Shown: one piece after another, positions 61,374 through 64,000 of the stretch
How positions within the stretch are numbered: the stretch's first letter is position 1
Layout of the letters: each line of letters opens with the position of its first letter
Source of the DNA: Cyanophora paradoxa CCMP329
Lineage: Eukaryota > Plantae > Glaucophyta
Reading direction: 5' to 3'
Length of the DNA stretch: 64,000 nt
Assembly (NCBI GenBank): GCA_004431415.1
Contig: QPMI01000049.1
Location: 186,001-250,000 of the forward strand
Position numbers and translations under genes: made by a program
Notes under the pieces: generated by a model
Seen by the model: only the letters and a program-made list of their open reading frames with translations
What the model was told of the DNA's origin: nothing
Databases searched by the model: none

Positions 61374-62466
61374 ATGCGCGAACGCGGCCGCGGACGACGG
61401 CCTGTCACAGAGCACGGTGTGGTTTGAGCGCCATCGGCACGCGTACGGGGGGTCCGGCCGCGCGCGGTGGCGGCGCCTAGGCCTCGCGATCGGCTGCTCT
61501 TCATCGATATTCGAATTCTCTGCGGCGCGCTGGCGGGATTGGGAACCACGTGACCCACGTCCACTTGGGTTCTGCCTTGACGGGATGCGAGGAGGCGCGC
61601 CGGAGGAGCTGCGTTTCGAGGCGAGCCCCTCGTCGTCGTCGTCGACCGGCGCACACGCAGCTGCAGCGGGCGCGGCCGTGGGCGTCAAGGCGGAGTGCGC
61701 CTACGCGCTTCGCGTCCTGGACGACGATGCGCGGTCGCGGGGCGAGGCGAAGGGCGCCGCGAACTTCGTCGCGAATGCGGCGTGGCGCGTGGTCGTTCTC
61801 GAGCTCGGGTTCTGGCGCCCGGTCGGGGGCAAGCTCGGATCCGGATCGATATCCAGCGCGGATCCGGAGGGCGGCGGCGGCGGCGGCTTCGAGGCCGCTG
61901 ACGCGGAGAGCCTTGGCGTGGCGCTGAGCCTTGCGGCGCTCAACGCCCCGCGGGTCCGCCCCCGCCCCGCCCCGCCCCGCCCCGCCCCGCCCCGCCCCGC
62001 CGCGCGTGTGAACGTGGCGCGGGCGCGTGTGCAGACGGAGCCGAGCGCCACGATGCGGGTCAACGTGGACGCTGATGGCCGCTCGGTCGAGGCGTTCAGG
62101 TGCCCGCCGCGGCCCGCCCCGCGCTCCGGATCCCGGCCCCGCCGCTCACGTGCACGCACGCCCTCGCCCGCCGTCCAGGCTCACGCTGCTCCCGTCCTGG
62201 CGGGCGCTCGGTCGCGACCTCGCGCTGCGCGGCCGATGGGTGCCCGCCGCGCCGCGCCGCGCTCTGCGGCGCCGGCGCTCAACGGGGGCCCATCTCGGGC
62301 GGCGGCATGCGCAGGCTGAGGGCGGGGCGCCGCTGCCCGGCCCGCCGGCGCTGCGGCTGCGCCTGGAGGTGGGCGAGGCGGCGGCGTCGGCGGCGGGCAA
62401 GCGGCCGCCGTCTGCCGCCGAGCTGCGCGACGGCGCGTTCGAGCAGGCGCGTGGCCCGCGCGCGCA

Positions 62467-62516
<50 letters not shown>

Positions 62517-64000
62517 GAGGGAGGGATCCTGACACCGGAGCCGCAGGTGTCGAAGAGCCTGCGGAGCATGCCGCCCCCGCCCCGCCGCCGCGGCTGCAGC
62601 CGCTGGCCCAGGCCTTCGCCGACTCGTCCGCGTCGGAGCGGCTGGCGCTCGTCGCCGCCGCCATCGCCGCCTCGGCGCTGGAGCCGGCCGCCGAGGGCGC
62701 CGCGCCCTCGCCCGCGGCCGCCGCCCTCGAGGACGCCTTTGCCGGGCTCCGCATCGCCCAGGAGGCCACCGACCCGCCGGAGGAGGCGGGACCCGAGGAC
62801 CGCGCGCCCCCTCGCCCTCGCACCGTGCGGCTCCCCGGCCCCCTCTCGAAGCTGCAGCTCGCCGCGCTGACGTACCCCCTTCGCAGAGGACGGGCAGCCG
62901 CGCCGTGCGCACGCGCGCGAACGCTCGCGCGCGAGCCGAGCCGCCCCGCCGACCCGCGCGCGCCCCGCAGCGCTGGCGTACGCCGTCGTCGACCAGCGCG
63001 ACGCCATCCTGGCCCTCGTGGAGCGCACCGCGGCCGCCCTCGAGGCCCGCCCGCTCCCCGACGGGCGCCCGCAGCCGGCGCTCGCCGCCCTCGCCGCCCT
63101 CGCCGCCGTCCTGCGGGAAATGAAGCCAGAGCCGGGGGACGCCCCCTCGCCCCGGCCCCTCGGCGGCTCCCTCTTCGCGATCGAGGCGCTGGACGAGCCG
63201 CCCACGGAGACGCTCCCGCCCTGGACCGAGCCGTACGACGCGGAGGCGGAGGCGGAGAGCTGGCGGCTGCTGCGGGGGATGGAGGGGCGCCTCGAGGCGG
63301 CGCGGGCGGCCCCGGGCCCCGCGCAGCGCGCGGCGGCTGCCATCGATGCGGCCGGGCTCCTCTGCAGCGACGCCCTCCTCCTGTCCCCCTGGGTACGCTC
63401 CTTCGAGGGGCGCCTCTCCCTCCGCCGCGCCCTCGTCGTCATCCGCGAGGCATCGGGTACCTTTGCCCAGGTCCGCGCCGCCGCCGCGCCCCCCCCAGAT
63501 CAGATCTCATATCAGATCTGAGCAGGTGGCGCGCGTCGCGAACCACCTGCGGGCCGCCGCCATGCGCCGCCTCCGCGCGCTGTGCGCATCCTCCCCGCCC
63601 TCGCCGCCCTCGCCGCCGCCTCGCCGCTGTTAGCTAATGCGTACCCCCCGCAGGCACCGCTCCGAGGACGCGATCCGTGGGACGCTGGACGCGGTCGAGG
63701 CGCTCCGGTGCACCCCAGCGATCCCCCGCGCCGCCCTCCCCGCACGATCCGGCTGCCGCTTGCTGATGCAGTGGCACCCCACCCCGCCCCGCCCCGGCGC
63801 CGGCGCGCTCAGACCAAACATGTGCGCTCGGCCTTCGGCCTTTCGGCTCGGCTCTTATGGTTGGGGCTAACGGCGGGGAGTACGGCGCGCAGAAGCTACG
63901 CCGTACCCGACCTGCACGCGGTGCCCCTGGGAGCGGTCCTGGAGCTCCTGCAGCAGGCGCTGGCGGCCGCCCGCGGGCTGGCGACGGCGGGGCCGGCCCC
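61374..64000 (+). CDS. Hypothetical multi-exon protein, 3' end outside window
   Basis: Long Ala/Leu/Glu-rich coding-like blocks separated by short GT/GC..CAG introns (e.g. about 61954-62034, 62100-62178, 62447-62546). No family recognised and start uncertain. Confidence 0.45.

Noticed and set aside
1-64000. tRNA, rRNA, prokaryotic operons or defence systems
   Set aside because: None were recognisable, and the gene structure is spliceosomal throughout.

Overview
GC-rich eukaryotic nuclear DNA, not prokaryotic. Genes are split by many short (about 50-90 nt) spliceosomal introns, so most six-frame ORFs are artefacts. A Phe-bearing transit peptide without a signal peptide on a plastid-type YchF, an MSI4/FVE-type WD40 gene and tiny introns suggest a glaucophyte-like alga such as Cyanophora (inference). 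Genes reconstructed by hand: the 3' end of a type I membrane protein; an MFSD1-like MFS transporter; a small putative mitochondrial membrane protein; two MYND-finger paralogues; a giant (about 5,500 aa) single-pass surface protein with tandem FN3-like exons, a 6.4 kb (TPTE)n stalk, filamin/Ig-like and REJ modules; MSI4/FVE; a C2-domain protein; an SLC25A38/Hem25-like carrier; a possible ciliary protein; YchF plus an inverted YchF pseudogene fragment; and an unknown partial gene. Non-coding features: a 2 kb poly(A) retroposon with a perfect 13-bp TSD and two truncated sister copies, a SINE-like insert, an 80-bp minisatellite, and a 4.4 kb tract built from short palindromes. The most notable signals are (1) palindrome-forming micro-insertions that can be read directly from paralogue comparisons, (2) roughly a quarter of the reconstructed introns using weak GC donors, and (3) the giant modular REJ/mucin-like protein.
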